Part shown: positions 28,397-38,365 of the stretch, one piece after another
How positions within the stretch are numbered: the stretch's first letter is position 1
How the letters are laid out: every line of letters begins with the position of its first letter
Assembly: GCA_012735575.1 (NCBI GenBank)
Contig: JAAYGY010000012.1
Location: forward strand, 3,833-67,832
From: Clostridiales bacterium
Lineage (GTDB): Bacteria; Bacillota; Clostridia; Caldicoprobacterales; UBA3941
Direction: 5' to 3'
Length of the DNA stretch: 64,000 nucleotides
The notes under the pieces: model-generated
What the model was told of the DNA's origin: nothing
Seen by the model: only the letters and a program-made list of their open reading frames with translations
Databases searched by the model: none
Made by a program: the position numbers and the translations under genes

Positions 28397-28714
28397 ATGA
28401 GAAAAACTTCAAAAGGAAGGGGATATAAAAGAAAAAAATTAAATAAGAATAATTATTTATATGGCAATTATATATATGTCACAGATCATGCTGTAACTCG
28501 TTATCAGCAGCGTATAAAAAAAGTTAGTCACGAGAATGCAGAAAACGCTATTATTGAAAGTGTTAAAAGAAGTAGACTTATTGCCTTAACTAAATATGGT
28601 GGACGCGAAATACGTGAAAATAGAGGAGTTATATATGTCTGTGAACTTCAAGGCAATTGCTTAAACGTCATAACCGTTTTGCTTGGTAATGTGGATTTGA
28701 GGTTTGTTGTGTGA
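28397..28714 (+). CDS. Hypothetical small basic protein (105 aa)
   Basis: GGAAGGGGG RBS. Lys/Arg-rich N-terminus MRKTSKGRGYKRKKLNK, then VTDHAVTRYQQRI. I am not confident of any family. There is no terminator before pncB. Confidence 0.55.
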   Translation: MRKTSKGRGYKRKKLNKNNYLYGNYIYVTDHAVTRYQQRIKKVSHENAENAIIESVKRSRLIALTKYGGREIRENRGVIYVCELQGNCLNVITVLLGNVDLRFVV

Positions 28715-28790
28715 AACCTATGGAATTATTTTGGATATGGTAGTATAATAGGTAAGGAGTAAATAAAATTATACAATAGAGGCGATAACA

Positions 28791-30227
28791 GTGAGAAACT
28801 TAACCATGCTAACAGACCTATATCAGCTTACCATGATGTACGGTTATGAAAAAGCAGGAAAATCAGATGATATTGTAGTTTTTGATCTATTCTTTAGAAA
28901 AACATCAGGTGATAGCGCATATGCTATTACTGCAGGTTTAGAACAAGCAATCGAATACATAGAAAACTTACATTTTTCAGAAGAGGATCTTGCTTATTTA
29001 AGGGATCTTAATCTATTTGATGAGGAATTTTTAAATAAGCTAAGAAACATCAAGTTTACTGGCGATATGGATGCCATCCCGGAAGGAACTGTTGTTTTTC
29101 CTAATGAGCCATTAATTCGTATCAAAGCCCCCATATTTGAAGCACAGCTAATAGAGACTGCATTGCTAAATATTGTTAATCACCAAACTTTAATTGCCAC
29201 CAAGGCTAGTCGAATTGTTCAGGCGGCTCAGGGAGATAGCGTATTAGAGTTTGGATTAAGGAGAGCTCAGGGACCGGATGCTGGTGTTTTTGGTGCGAGG
29301 GCAGCCATAATTGGTGGATGTTCAGCTACCTCCAATGTGCTGGCAGGTAAAATGTTTGGTATTCCTGTTCAGGGAACTCATGCACATAGTTGGGTAATGA
29401 GTTTTCCTAGTGAATTGGAGGCATTTAGAGCTTATGCTAAAGCCTTCCCGGAAAGCTGTCTATTATTGGTAGACACTTATGACACTCTAAAAAGTGGAGT
29501 TCCTAATGCCATAACTGTTTTTAAAGAGCTAAGAGAAAAAGGGATAGAGCCACTTGGTATAAGATTAGATTCTGGAGATATTGCTTATCTAAGCAAGGAA
29601 GCAAGGCAAATGCTAGATGAAGCTGGTTTTCCTAAAGCTAAGATAGTTGCTTCCAGCGATTTAGATGAGGAAGTAATATGGGATCTCAAAGCTCAAGGAG
29701 CAGCGGTTGATATCTGGGGTGTAGGTACTGCTATGATTACTAGCAAGGATTGCCCTGCATTGGGAGGAGTATATAAGTTGGTGGCTGAAGAAGTAGATGG
29801 GGAATTGGTGCCTAAGATAAAGATCTCGGAAAATGCATTTAAGATAACCAATCCAGGTTATAAAAAGGTTGCACGCCTTTATGATAGAGATACTGAAAAA
29901 GCTATTGCTGATTTAATTATGCTGGAACATGAAACCATAGATGAGAGTAAGCCATTAACCATATTTGATCCTATAAATACTTGGAAACGAATGACGCTTA
30001 CCAATTTTAAGGCTAGGGAGTTGTTAGTTCCCATATTTAGAAATGGTAGGCGAGTGTATGAATTGCCTTCATTGATGGAAATTCAGGAATACTGTAAAAA
30101 AGAAATGGGCACCCTATGGGGAGAATACAAACGCATAACAAAACCCCATGTTTACAAGGTTGATTTGTCTGATGCGCTGTATAATCTGAAAAACAAACTA
30201 TTACAACAGTATTCCTCTGATAAATAA
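28791..30227 (+). CDS. pncB: Nicotinate phosphoribosyltransferase
   Basis: LTDLYQLTMMYGY N-terminus and GTHAHSW motif, ~480 aa. The start is either GTG 28791 or ATG 28806. Confidence 0.9.
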   Translation: MRNLTMLTDLYQLTMMYGYEKAGKSDDIVVFDLFFRKTSGDSAYAITAGLEQAIEYIENLHFSEEDLAYLRDLNLFDEEFLNKLRNIKFTGDMDAIPEGTVVFPNEPLIRIKAPIFEAQLIETALLNIVNHQTLIATKASRIVQAAQGDSVLEFGLRRAQGPDAGVFGARAAIIGGCSATSNVLAGKMFGIPVQGTHAHSWVMSFPSELEAFRAYAKAFPESCLLLVDTYDTLKSGVPNAITVFKELREKGIEPLGIRLDSGDIAYLSKEARQMLDEAGFPKAKIVASSDLDEEVIWDLKAQGAAVDIWGVGTAMITSKDCPALGGVYKLVAEEVDGELVPKIKISENAFKITNPGYKKVARLYDRDTEKAIADLIMLEHETIDESKPLTIFDPINTWKRMTLTNFKARELLVPIFRNGRRVYELPSLMEIQEYCKKEMGTLWGEYKRITKPHVYKVDLSDALYNLKNKLLQQYSSDK

Positions 30228-30250
30228 ATGATAAACATATACTATTAGAA

Positions 30251-30303
30251 ACCCTCTTATGCAGACATACCATTCTAGGTATCATAAGCGTAAGGGGGTT
30301 TTT
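30251..30303 (+). terminator. Rho-independent terminator (long compound hairpin)
   Basis: Outer 12-bp stem ACCCTCTTATGC/GCGTAAGGGGGT (two G-U pairs), inner stem ATACC/GGTAT, followed by TTTTT. Confidence 0.75.
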
Positions 30304-30384
30304 GTATATTAATTACTCACTCCTATCATGTGAAAAGCATATTATATATGTATCTATATATAGGCGTGATTAGGCGGTGATGAT

Positions 30385-31275
30385 ATGAGATTCGGTTTAG
30401 CATTATCAGGGGGAGGAATAAGGGGAGCAGCTCATATAGGTGTACTAAAGGCCTTAGAAGAAGAGGGGCTGATACCGTCCTGGATATCTGGTACAAGCGC
30501 TGGAAGTATAGTAGCCGGTCTTTATGCCTGTGGTTATACAACCCAAGAATTAGAGGATATTGCTTTAGAGCTTTACCAAAAATATATTGATCTTGATTTT
30601 TTAGGCTTAGCTTTTGGGTTTGGACAATGGTTAATTGGCAAGGAGCCATGTATAGACGGGATAATTAAAGGAAAAGCAATAGAGAAGTATTTAAAGAATC
30701 TGACTCAGGATACTAATATAAAGGATATAAAAATGCCTTTGGCTATACCAGCAGTCGATATTAACAAGGCTAGGACTGTTATGTTTGTAAATAAAATGAA
30801 ATATACTCCCACTCAAGATGATAAAATAATATATATAAATGATGTTCCTCTATACAAAGCTATTAGAGCAAGTATAGCAATTCCAGTTGTATTTAAGCCA
30901 GCTATGATCGATGGTAGACGTTTAGTTGATGGTGGGGTTACAGATAATCTTCCAATAGAAATTCTAAGAAAAATGGGTGCTAAAAAAACAATAGGAGTAG
31001 ATTTGGGATATAATGGCCAGCTTAGAAGGGATATAGATAATATATTAGAAATAGGAAGCCAATCACTTGATATTATGGCATATCAGATTACTTCATTGAA
31101 AAGTCAAGGTGCTGATTATATTTTAAGACCTGGAATATATGATATTGCAAACAGAGATGCTAAAAAAATTATAGAATGTATAGATCGAGGCTACAACTCT
31201 ACTAAAGATAATATAAAAATGATAAAAAAAGCAATTAATAGTAGGTCTTCGACATCACTGTTCTACACAATGTAA
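30385..31275 (+). CDS. Patatin-like phospholipase
   Basis: GGGIRGAAHIGVL oxyanion motif, GTSAGS nucleophile elbow, DGG catalytic Asp motif. Confidence 0.9.
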   Translation: MRFGLALSGGGIRGAAHIGVLKALEEEGLIPSWISGTSAGSIVAGLYACGYTTQELEDIALELYQKYIDLDFLGLAFGFGQWLIGKEPCIDGIIKGKAIEKYLKNLTQDTNIKDIKMPLAIPAVDINKARTVMFVNKMKYTPTQDDKIIYINDVPLYKAIRASIAIPVVFKPAMIDGRRLVDGGVTDNLPIEILRKMGAKKTIGVDLGYNGQLRRDIDNILEIGSQSLDIMAYQITSLKSQGADYILRPGIYDIANRDAKKIIECIDRGYNSTKDNIKMIKKAINSRSSTSLFYTM

Positions 31276-31344
31276 AGGAGTATATATGTTATAGTATATA
31301 CAGGTATTATATATTATATTTCTAGAGGAGGCTCAGGCTTACCA

Positions 31345-31842
31345 ATGAAGAGATTATTTAAAACGTCACTTTTTGGATATAATAGGAAACAGGTGAATGG
31401 TTATGTATTGAGTCTTAGAAAGGATTATGAAAGAGAGCTTTCTAAGAAGAAAGATAGAATGTTGGAGCTAAGTCAAGAAAATAGAGATCTGAAGTCAAAA
31501 TTGCTTGAGTATGAAGAACGGCTGTCAGACTATGAGGAGAGGGAAATCTTTATCTCAAAAGCCCTGGTTAAGGCAGAGGAAAGCGCACAGGCTATAATGA
31601 AGGAATGTTATCATAGAATAGATATGGAGAAATATAAGATAAAGCAAGAACAGGAAAAATGGAAGACCAGAGAAAGAGAGATCATCAGACAGTTACTGGC
31701 ATTTCAACAAGAAGCCTATTCCCTTATGGAGTCTTTTCAATCAGAAATAAATTATCTAACTTCAAAAGAATTAATTAAGCTTCAAAATGAAGATAAGGCT
31801 GATGTTAAAGATGAAGAAATACTGAATGTCAGTTCCATGTAA
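31345..31842 (+). CDS. DivIVA-domain coiled-coil protein
   Basis: N-terminal F..SLFGYNRKQVNGYV pattern typical of the DivIVA domain, followed by a coiled-coil-rich sequence. Confidence 0.7.
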   Translation: MKRLFKTSLFGYNRKQVNGYVLSLRKDYERELSKKKDRMLELSQENRDLKSKLLEYEERLSDYEEREIFISKALVKAEESAQAIMKECYHRIDMEKYKIKQEQEKWKTREREIIRQLLAFQQEAYSLMESFQSEINYLTSKELIKLQNEDKADVKDEEILNVSSM

Positions 31843-31866
31843 AAAGGGTAAGTAAAATATAATATT

Positions 31867-31915
31867 AGGATGCATGGTTTCTCTATTTATTTTGGCGAAG
31901 CTATGCATCCTTTTT
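31867..31915 (+). terminator. Probable terminator
   Basis: 9-bp stem AGGATGCAT/ATGCATCCT with a large loop, followed by TTTTT. Confidence 0.6.
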
Positions 31916-32112
31916 AATTCCATTATTCTCAATATTTGGCATAATCGTTATTTTTAGCTTGTAGTAAAAAGTGATATATCTACTGAAAATTTTACTTGGC
32001 AGAAATTTGTCAAAATATTAGACTTATTGACATTATCTTTTCATATTGTATATAATAATTAAAGTGTCTTTTAGATGGAGCAGGCAATGGACAATAGAGA
32101 GGGAAAGATAAT

Positions 32113-34302
32113 ATGATTAAACAAGGTTCTTTTAGAGATTTTATTATTCAATATCTAAAGGTTACAGTATTGGTGTACGTGGCATTTAGCATCCTGTTTT
32201 TTTCTTTTGTATACCTGACTCAAAATAAACAAGAACAGGAAAAATTAGACCTTTGCTTAGCTAGTTCTGCAAGTTATTTAGAGAGCATATCTAATATCCT
32301 TTCTTCGGTTAATTTGACATTACTAAGTGATAAGTCAATTTCACAGATAATGAATTCTCCTTTTACTGTTGATAGATACGAATATGTAAGAGGAATGCAA
32401 ACAATAAATAGTCAAGCAGGTAGTAGCGATGTAATTTCTTCAATATATATCTATCAAAAGAGGTCTGGGGAGGTGTTGGCAACAAAGGAAGGAAAATATT
32501 TAATAGATAGTTTTCATGATCAGGAGTTTCTTAGAGAATTAGAAGTTATTTCATCAACATTCATTATACCTCGTGTATCAAATGGTAAAAGTATTATTAC
32601 CCTGGTATCACCATGGATTCTGTCTTCCTATGATATCAAAGGGTATATATGCATTAATTTAGATGCTATAGAGTTGAACAAACGCCTTTCCCAAATTATG
32701 GGTAAGAAGTATTCTCTCCAAGCTACAACTGGTGAACAGGTGTTTTTAACCTATAATCCTAGTGGCAATAATCTAGATGTAAATAAGAATTTTTCCAGAA
32801 GCAAAAACCTGGAACATTTTAATATATCAATTTCTGTAATGCGAGAAAAAAGCAAATTTTATCAACAGCTTTTAGTTACTTTTTTGCGTGACAGTATTTT
32901 CTTATTATTATTTGTTGTGCTGGTTTCCCTGGTGTTTTACTTATTATTGCGATCACTTGTTAAGGCTTTTCGTCCTTTAGTGTACAAGCTAGCTACTCTA
33001 TATCGGGAAAAGGAAAGACATATGGGGTATACCATAAACGATTTAAGGAATGACTTCAACCAGTTGATAACAGACCGGCAGGTATTATTTGACAGTGTGG
33101 ATAGAATGAAATGGATTGCTAAAAGAAAAATTGTCACTGATTTGTTATATGGAACTATTCCTGACAAAAAAGAGTTTCAGTTCTTTTGTAACTCTTTTGA
33201 TATTCTAAATCAGACCTTGCAAAACTTCTTTGCTATATCATATATATCTTTGTATGGCAAGGAATCCATTCTTTCAACTGAGGACAAGGTCTTAGGAGAG
33301 GTTGTAATACAAGATATTTTTATGGATGGAAATCCAAAAGAAGTGACAATATGTCCTGTTCTTGATAATGATGGAAATATTGGAGTCTTGTTAAATTACC
33401 AAAAATCCATGCCACAGTATGAAATTGAGGCATTAATAAAAACTAAGATTGAAAAGATTGAACAAGCTCTTAAAGCCAATCCCAACATTGGATTTTTTGT
33501 GTGTACTATAAATTCAGTAGACTCAATAGAAAAAATACATTTAGCCTATAGTCAGGCTAAAGATAATTTAATATATCGGAATGTGTTTTTAAACAGAAAT
33601 CACATTTTTGATACTCTTGATGATGAATCATTGAAGCTGTTATCCTATGCCGATATGCAAATGATGATTTCCGCAGCAAATTCTGATGATTTCAATGCAG
33701 TACACCAATATATCAAAAGCTTAGAAGAAGACTATAAAAAGAACAAGAACCAAGAGGAGTTCTATAAATTGAAATTATCGGCATTGATAGCTGCTTCTAT
33801 AATATTAGGTCAGACTTATTTATCAAACAATCTTGATATTCAAAAGAAGATTTTGGATGTTCTAAAGCAGATTGTTAGTTCAGAAGATAATAAAAAGATT
33901 GCAAATGATTTTATTAAATTAACTAACCTTATATCTAGGCAACGTATTTTTAGGATGCCTGAGGGTGCTATGGGAAGTGATTACCTGCAGCAGCTAGTTT
34001 CCTTCGTAGAAGTTAATTATGACAAAGGGATTACAGTTGCAGAGGTAGCTAATTATCTAAACCTTAATCCTAAATACTTAGCTCGCTTATTCAAGCAAGA
34101 AACAGGGCAAACAATTTCAGAATATATCTCTAGGCTGAGAATAGAAAAGGGTTTATCATTGTTGAATCAAACAGACTTAAGTATTCAAGAAATTAGCAGC
34201 CAGATTGGTTTTAGCGACAGTCGAAGCTTTATCCGTTTGTTCAAAAAAACCTTTGATATGACTCCAGGAGAGTATAGAAAGGAAATTAATACTACCCCAT
34301 AA
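32113..34302 (+). CDS. Membrane-bound AraC-family one-component regulator (two TM helices flanking an extracytoplasmic sensor domain, C-terminal AraC HTH)
   Basis: 729 aa. TM1 VLVYVAFSILFFSFVYL, TM2 LLLFVVLVSLVFYLLL. C-terminal AraC HTH region ..VAEVANYLNLNPKYLARLFK..IQEISSQIGFSDSRSFIRLFKK..PGEYR. No receiver or kinase domain. Confidence 0.85.
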   Translation: MIKQGSFRDFIIQYLKVTVLVYVAFSILFFSFVYLTQNKQEQEKLDLCLASSASYLESISNILSSVNLTLLSDKSISQIMNSPFTVDRYEYVRGMQTINSQAGSSDVISSIYIYQKRSGEVLATKEGKYLIDSFHDQEFLRELEVISSTFIIPRVSNGKSIITLVSPWILSSYDIKGYICINLDAIELNKRLSQIMGKKYSLQATTGEQVFLTYNPSGNNLDVNKNFSRSKNLEHFNISISVMREKSKFYQQLLVTFLRDSIFLLLFVVLVSLVFYLLLRSLVKAFRPLVYKLATLYREKERHMGYTINDLRNDFNQLITDRQVLFDSVDRMKWIAKRKIVTDLLYGTIPDKKEFQFFCNSFDILNQTLQNFFAISYISLYGKESILSTEDKVLGEVVIQDIFMDGNPKEVTICPVLDNDGNIGVLLNYQKSMPQYEIEALIKTKIEKIEQALKANPNIGFFVCTINSVDSIEKIHLAYSQAKDNLIYRNVFLNRNHIFDTLDDESLKLLSYADMQMMISAANSDDFNAVHQYIKSLEEDYKKNKNQEEFYKLKLSALIAASIILGQTYLSNNLDIQKKILDVLKQIVSSEDNKKIANDFIKLTNLISRQRIFRMPEGAMGSDYLQQLVSFVEVNYDKGITVAEVANYLNLNPKYLARLFKQETGQTISEYISRLRIEKGLSLLNQTDLSIQEISSQIGFSDSRSFIRLFKKTFDMTPGEYRKEINTTP

Positions 34303-34347
34303 AAAATACTATTTATTATATATACTAGTTATATATGTACACTAGAA

Positions 34348-34382
34348 AAGCAGAGTATAGGACGATACACTCTGCTTTTTTA
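34348..34382 (+). terminator. Rho-independent terminator
   Basis: Stem AAGCAGAGT/ACTCTGCTT followed by TTTTTT. Confidence 0.8.
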
Positions 34383-34745
34383 TTTTAGATCTCTTATAAC
34401 ATAAAGCAAAATAATGTATATAATATGTCCTAAAGAACTATTGCTATTAACCATATAATCAGATTGAACTTATCAATGTCAGAAAGCAATGACAAAAAGG
34501 TAGAATGATTATGATTTTGTTGTGTAAAAGCCAAATCTATATAGCAAAAAGGTATCTTTTATTTACTAGCAACTAAATTGCATTGATTGGCTGAAAATAT
34601 ACTATTAAAATAAACGAAAAGATCAGTCCATGATTTTAATATTAACTGGGACCGACATCTTTTATCTGATATGCCTTTTGAGTAAATTTATAGAAGGCTT
34701 TTCTACAAGGCTATAATTAATATTTAATTAGAAAGGAGAAGAGAA

Positions 34746-35702
34746 ATGGAGGCTGTAAAGCAAAAAAACCCAAGTCCGAAAGGAACGGTAATGATACAGT
34801 CCGAAAGTAAATGGAAGAAATTTGCCAAAAACTTTCCAGTTCACAAGTACTATTATCTTTTAATGATACCAGGACTATTAACCTTATTGCTTTTTCGCTA
34901 TGCACCAATGGGAGGTATAATTATCGCTTTTAAAGACTTTAAGATAGCAGAAGGTATCTTTGGAAGCCCTTGGGCGGGTTTGCATTGGTTTAAGATGTTA
35001 TTCTCAAACTCTCAATTTACCAGGGTATTATATAATACTATTTATATTTCCCTTTCCAAGCTTGTATTTGGATTCCCAATGCCAATAATTCTAGCAATAA
35101 TGATTAATGAAGTTAAAAATGTACCTCTAAAAAGATCTATTCAAAGCATTGTTTATCTTCCACATTTTATATCTTGGGTTGTTATTGGAGGAATTCTTTT
35201 TTCTATGTTATCACCCACGGTAGGGATTTTATCAATCTTTGGTTTTAGCAAAAATCCGCTACTTGAGCCTTCAAACTTCCGTACACTGATTGTTCTTTCA
35301 GACATATGGAAGGAAGCAGGTTGGGGAACGGTAGTGTATCTGGCTGCTATAACTGGAATATCCGAAGAGTTATATGAGGCAGCTACAATAGATGGCGCTA
35401 ATAGATTCCAAAAGATTTGGTATATTACTCTACCTTCTATAGCTAGTACAATAGCAGTTTTACTGATATTACGCACAGGTACCTTGTTGACAGCAGGTTT
35501 TGACCAGCTATATGTACTACAAAGTCCAGCTACTATGGATGTGGGTGATGTACTGGACACATTTGTTTACCGTTATGGATTAGCACAGGGACGATTTTCA
35601 TTTGCTACAGCAGCAGGATTGTTTCAGTCTGTTGTGGGTTTGATTTTAGTATCTATTTCCAATATGTTCGCACGAAGAATGGGACAAGATGGTATTTTGT
35701 AA
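34746..35702 (+). CDS. Carbohydrate ABC transporter permease (LplB/YtcP type)
   Basis: Six-TM MalF-like profile with EAA loop EAATIDGANRFQKIWYITLP. AAAGGAG RBS. Confidence 0.9.
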   Translation: MEAVKQKNPSPKGTVMIQSESKWKKFAKNFPVHKYYYLLMIPGLLTLLLFRYAPMGGIIIAFKDFKIAEGIFGSPWAGLHWFKMLFSNSQFTRVLYNTIYISLSKLVFGFPMPIILAIMINEVKNVPLKRSIQSIVYLPHFISWVVIGGILFSMLSPTVGILSIFGFSKNPLLEPSNFRTLIVLSDIWKEAGWGTVVYLAAITGISEELYEAATIDGANRFQKIWYITLPSIASTIAVLLILRTGTLLTAGFDQLYVLQSPATMDVGDVLDTFVYRYGLAQGRFSFATAAGLFQSVVGLILVSISNMFARRMGQDGIL

Positions 35703-35715
35703 AGGGAGTGTTACA

Positions 35716-36582
35716 GTGAAAAAGAGGAAAAATTTTTCAGACTATGTTTTTGATATAGTAAATACCTCATTATTAATTTTTATTAGTATAGTAATGTTAT
35801 ATCCTTTTTGGCACGAACTATGCCTTTCACTTAGTTCAGCTGCTGAATCTACTAGAGGTGGAATCTTTATCATACCTAGACAGTTTACACTGGAAGCTTA
35901 CAAGCTAGTAATTCGTAGCTCTTTTATATGGACATCTTTTTATAATAGTATATATTGCGCTTTTTTAACTACTGTTATTGGAGTATTATTTACTTCTATG
36001 TTGGCATATCCCTTGTCTAAAAAGGAACTGATGGGAAATAGGTCTATTTCCTTTGTTGTAGTATTTTGTATGATATTCAATGGTGGTATGATTCCAACCT
36101 ATTTAGTTGTTAATAATTTAGGATTGGTTAACTCACTTTGGGCATTAATACTAATGGCCATTGTAACTCCATATAACACAATAATTATGAAGAACTTTTT
36201 TACCTCCCTTCCTACAGAGATTGAAGAAGCAGCTTTTATTGATGGTGCAGGACCACTACGTATTTTCTTTACAATTGTTCTTCCACTTTCCAAAGCTGTC
36301 CTGGCAACTATCGGCTTGTGGTTGGCAGTTGCATCATGGAACAACTTTATGATGCCTTTAATCTATCTTAATGATAGAGAATTATATACCTTGCCCCTAT
36401 ATATACGACAGGTAATAGACGGACAGCTTCTAGCACGTACTACAGGTGAAGGCGCTCAGTCAGCAGTTGAATCAGTAATAGGTGCAACCATTATTATTAC
36501 TATAATTCCTATAATCTGTGTTTACCCCTATTTACAGAAATATTTTGTAAAAGGTGTAATGTTAGGTTCAGTTAAAGGTTAA
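35716..36582 (+). CDS. Carbohydrate ABC transporter permease (LplC type)
   Basis: Start moved to GTG 35716 (AGGGAG RBS). EAA loop EAAFIDGAGPLRIFFTIVLP. Confidence 0.9.
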   Translation: MKKRKNFSDYVFDIVNTSLLIFISIVMLYPFWHELCLSLSSAAESTRGGIFIIPRQFTLEAYKLVIRSSFIWTSFYNSIYCAFLTTVIGVLFTSMLAYPLSKKELMGNRSISFVVVFCMIFNGGMIPTYLVVNNLGLVNSLWALILMAIVTPYNTIIMKNFFTSLPTEIEEAAFIDGAGPLRIFFTIVLPLSKAVLATIGLWLAVASWNNFMMPLIYLNDRELYTLPLYIRQVIDGQLLARTTGEGAQSAVESVIGATIIITIIPIICVYPYLQKYFVKGVMLGSVKG

Positions 36583-36647
36583 GCCAAGTTAATCGACAAA
36601 AACAGGTTTTATCCTGTTTTTATATAAAAATTAAAAGGAGGATTTAG

Positions 36648-38240
36648 ATGAAAGGCTTATTTAAAAAAATTCTTGTATTAACCCTAATTTTATCAGTCTT
36701 ACTTTCAGTAGCTGCCTGTGGGGGTGCTACTAACAATTTGTCTAAAACTAATAATGGCAATCAAGAGGATTCATCAAATGCTGCCAACTCAAAAAATGAC
36801 AGCAGTGATGTTGATTCCACATCAACTGAAAAGGTTACCTTTCACATCTACAAAAATGGAGGATTTCCGGATTATCCTGCTGATGGAGGAGAAGGTAAGC
36901 AAGATGTATTAAATGCTTTAGCTGCATATGGTCTTCCAAATGTTGATTACAAGGTTACAGCTATTGGTGGAGATGAATACTATGACAAACTAAACATACT
37001 GGCAGTCAGTGGTTCTCTTCCTGATTATATGAATATCGATATGGTTACAATGACCAACTTTTCAGATCAGGGATTAATAATTCCCCTTGAGGATCATTTG
37101 GAAAATATGCCAGCTGCTAAGGATAGGATGAGACAGGTTGATTTAGATGCATGGACATACAATGGTCATCTATACGCTTTTCCAGTTGCATATTTGGAAG
37201 GTGCTATCAATGGTCCTAATACTACCGGACTTATAGTTCGTGCTGACTGGTTAGAGAAATTAGACATAGACATCCCCGAAACCATCGATGAATTTTATGA
37301 AATGCTCAAAGCATTCAAGGAACAAGATCCTGATGGAAACGGGCAGGATGATACATTTGGTTATATAGGCAGAGATACCACTCTATTTGAAGATGTGTTT
37401 GGAGCATTCGGTATTCAACCTACATTTTGGATGGAAACTGAAGAGGGATTGCGTCTGGGAAGCACATTGCCAGCTACTAAAGAGGCACTTGCAGTATTGC
37501 AACAATGGTATGCAGAGGGCTTAATCGACCCAGATATCTTTACTAACGATCAAAGCTTACAGGATCAAAAGCTGGCTAACTCCAAGGGAGGAGTTTATGA
37601 AGGTAGCGGTTTCAGTGCTTCTGTATCCAATCCAGAGTACGCTGCCCTTTTGAATGTTGTACCTACAGCTAAATTAAAAGGAATACCTGCTTTTAAAGGA
37701 CCCAAAGGAGAAAGTGGTAGGCAAGAGGCACCTCCTGGATACGGCAACTCTCACGCTATCTCTGCTAATTGTCAGGACGTAGATTTACTAGTCAAATTCT
37801 TAAATTGGTGTGCTGACGATGGAGAAAATGGTGGAATGTATCTATGTTCAGTTGGTGTAGAAGGAAAACATTTTGAGTTAAGTGAAGATGGTACTAAAAT
37901 CAATCAATTTGTTCCCTATAATGAAATCTATGCTTACGGCTTAGGTAACCCCATTCGTTTCCAACAGGTTGTTGACAGAAGATGGATGGAAGATAGCGCT
38001 GTAGAATGTTTTGAAGCTTTTGATGGTATGTATCGTGAGAACAAATTCTGGGGTACTACTCCATCAATGCTAGATTATCCTGATACTTGTGAAGAGCTAT
38101 TTAGAGAATACTTAGCAAAAATTGTTATGGGTAGTCTGCCTGTTGATGCCTGGGATGACTATGTTAAAGATTTTTATGCCATGGGCGGAGACAAAATCGA
38201 ACAGGAAGTTAATGAAGCATACCAGGCTTTAAATAAATAG
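36648..38240 (+). CDS. Large extracellular solute-binding lipoprotein (LplA type)
   Basis: Lipoprotein signal LLSVAACGG. ~530 aa, family-1 SBP of the large LplA-like class. No ATPase gene in the locus. Confidence 0.85.
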   Translation: MKGLFKKILVLTLILSVLLSVAACGGATNNLSKTNNGNQEDSSNAANSKNDSSDVDSTSTEKVTFHIYKNGGFPDYPADGGEGKQDVLNALAAYGLPNVDYKVTAIGGDEYYDKLNILAVSGSLPDYMNIDMVTMTNFSDQGLIIPLEDHLENMPAAKDRMRQVDLDAWTYNGHLYAFPVAYLEGAINGPNTTGLIVRADWLEKLDIDIPETIDEFYEMLKAFKEQDPDGNGQDDTFGYIGRDTTLFEDVFGAFGIQPTFWMETEEGLRLGSTLPATKEALAVLQQWYAEGLIDPDIFTNDQSLQDQKLANSKGGVYEGSGFSASVSNPEYAALLNVVPTAKLKGIPAFKGPKGESGRQEAPPGYGNSHAISANCQDVDLLVKFLNWCADDGENGGMYLCSVGVEGKHFELSEDGTKINQFVPYNEIYAYGLGNPIRFQQVVDRRWMEDSAVECFEAFDGMYRENKFWGTTPSMLDYPDTCEELFREYLAKIVMGSLPVDAWDDYVKDFYAMGGDKIEQEVNEAYQALNK

Positions 38241-38263
38241 GATTTTTAAATAGTTTCTTGATC

Positions 38264-38303
38264 ATCAGAGTCTAGGTTTAATTAATGAAATCTAGACTCT
38301 GAT
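38264..38303 (+). promoter_or_regulatory. Intercistronic 12-bp perfect stem-loop between the SBP and first sulfatase genes
   Basis: ATCAGAGTCTAG/CTAGACTCTGAT with a 16-nt loop and no clear U-tract. Could be a partial terminator or an mRNA-stability element. Confidence 0.5.
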
Positions 38304-38365
38304 AGATTATACTCTTTTTAGTATTAATTGTAGCTTTTTATAAATCAAGTGAAAAAGGTGATAAA

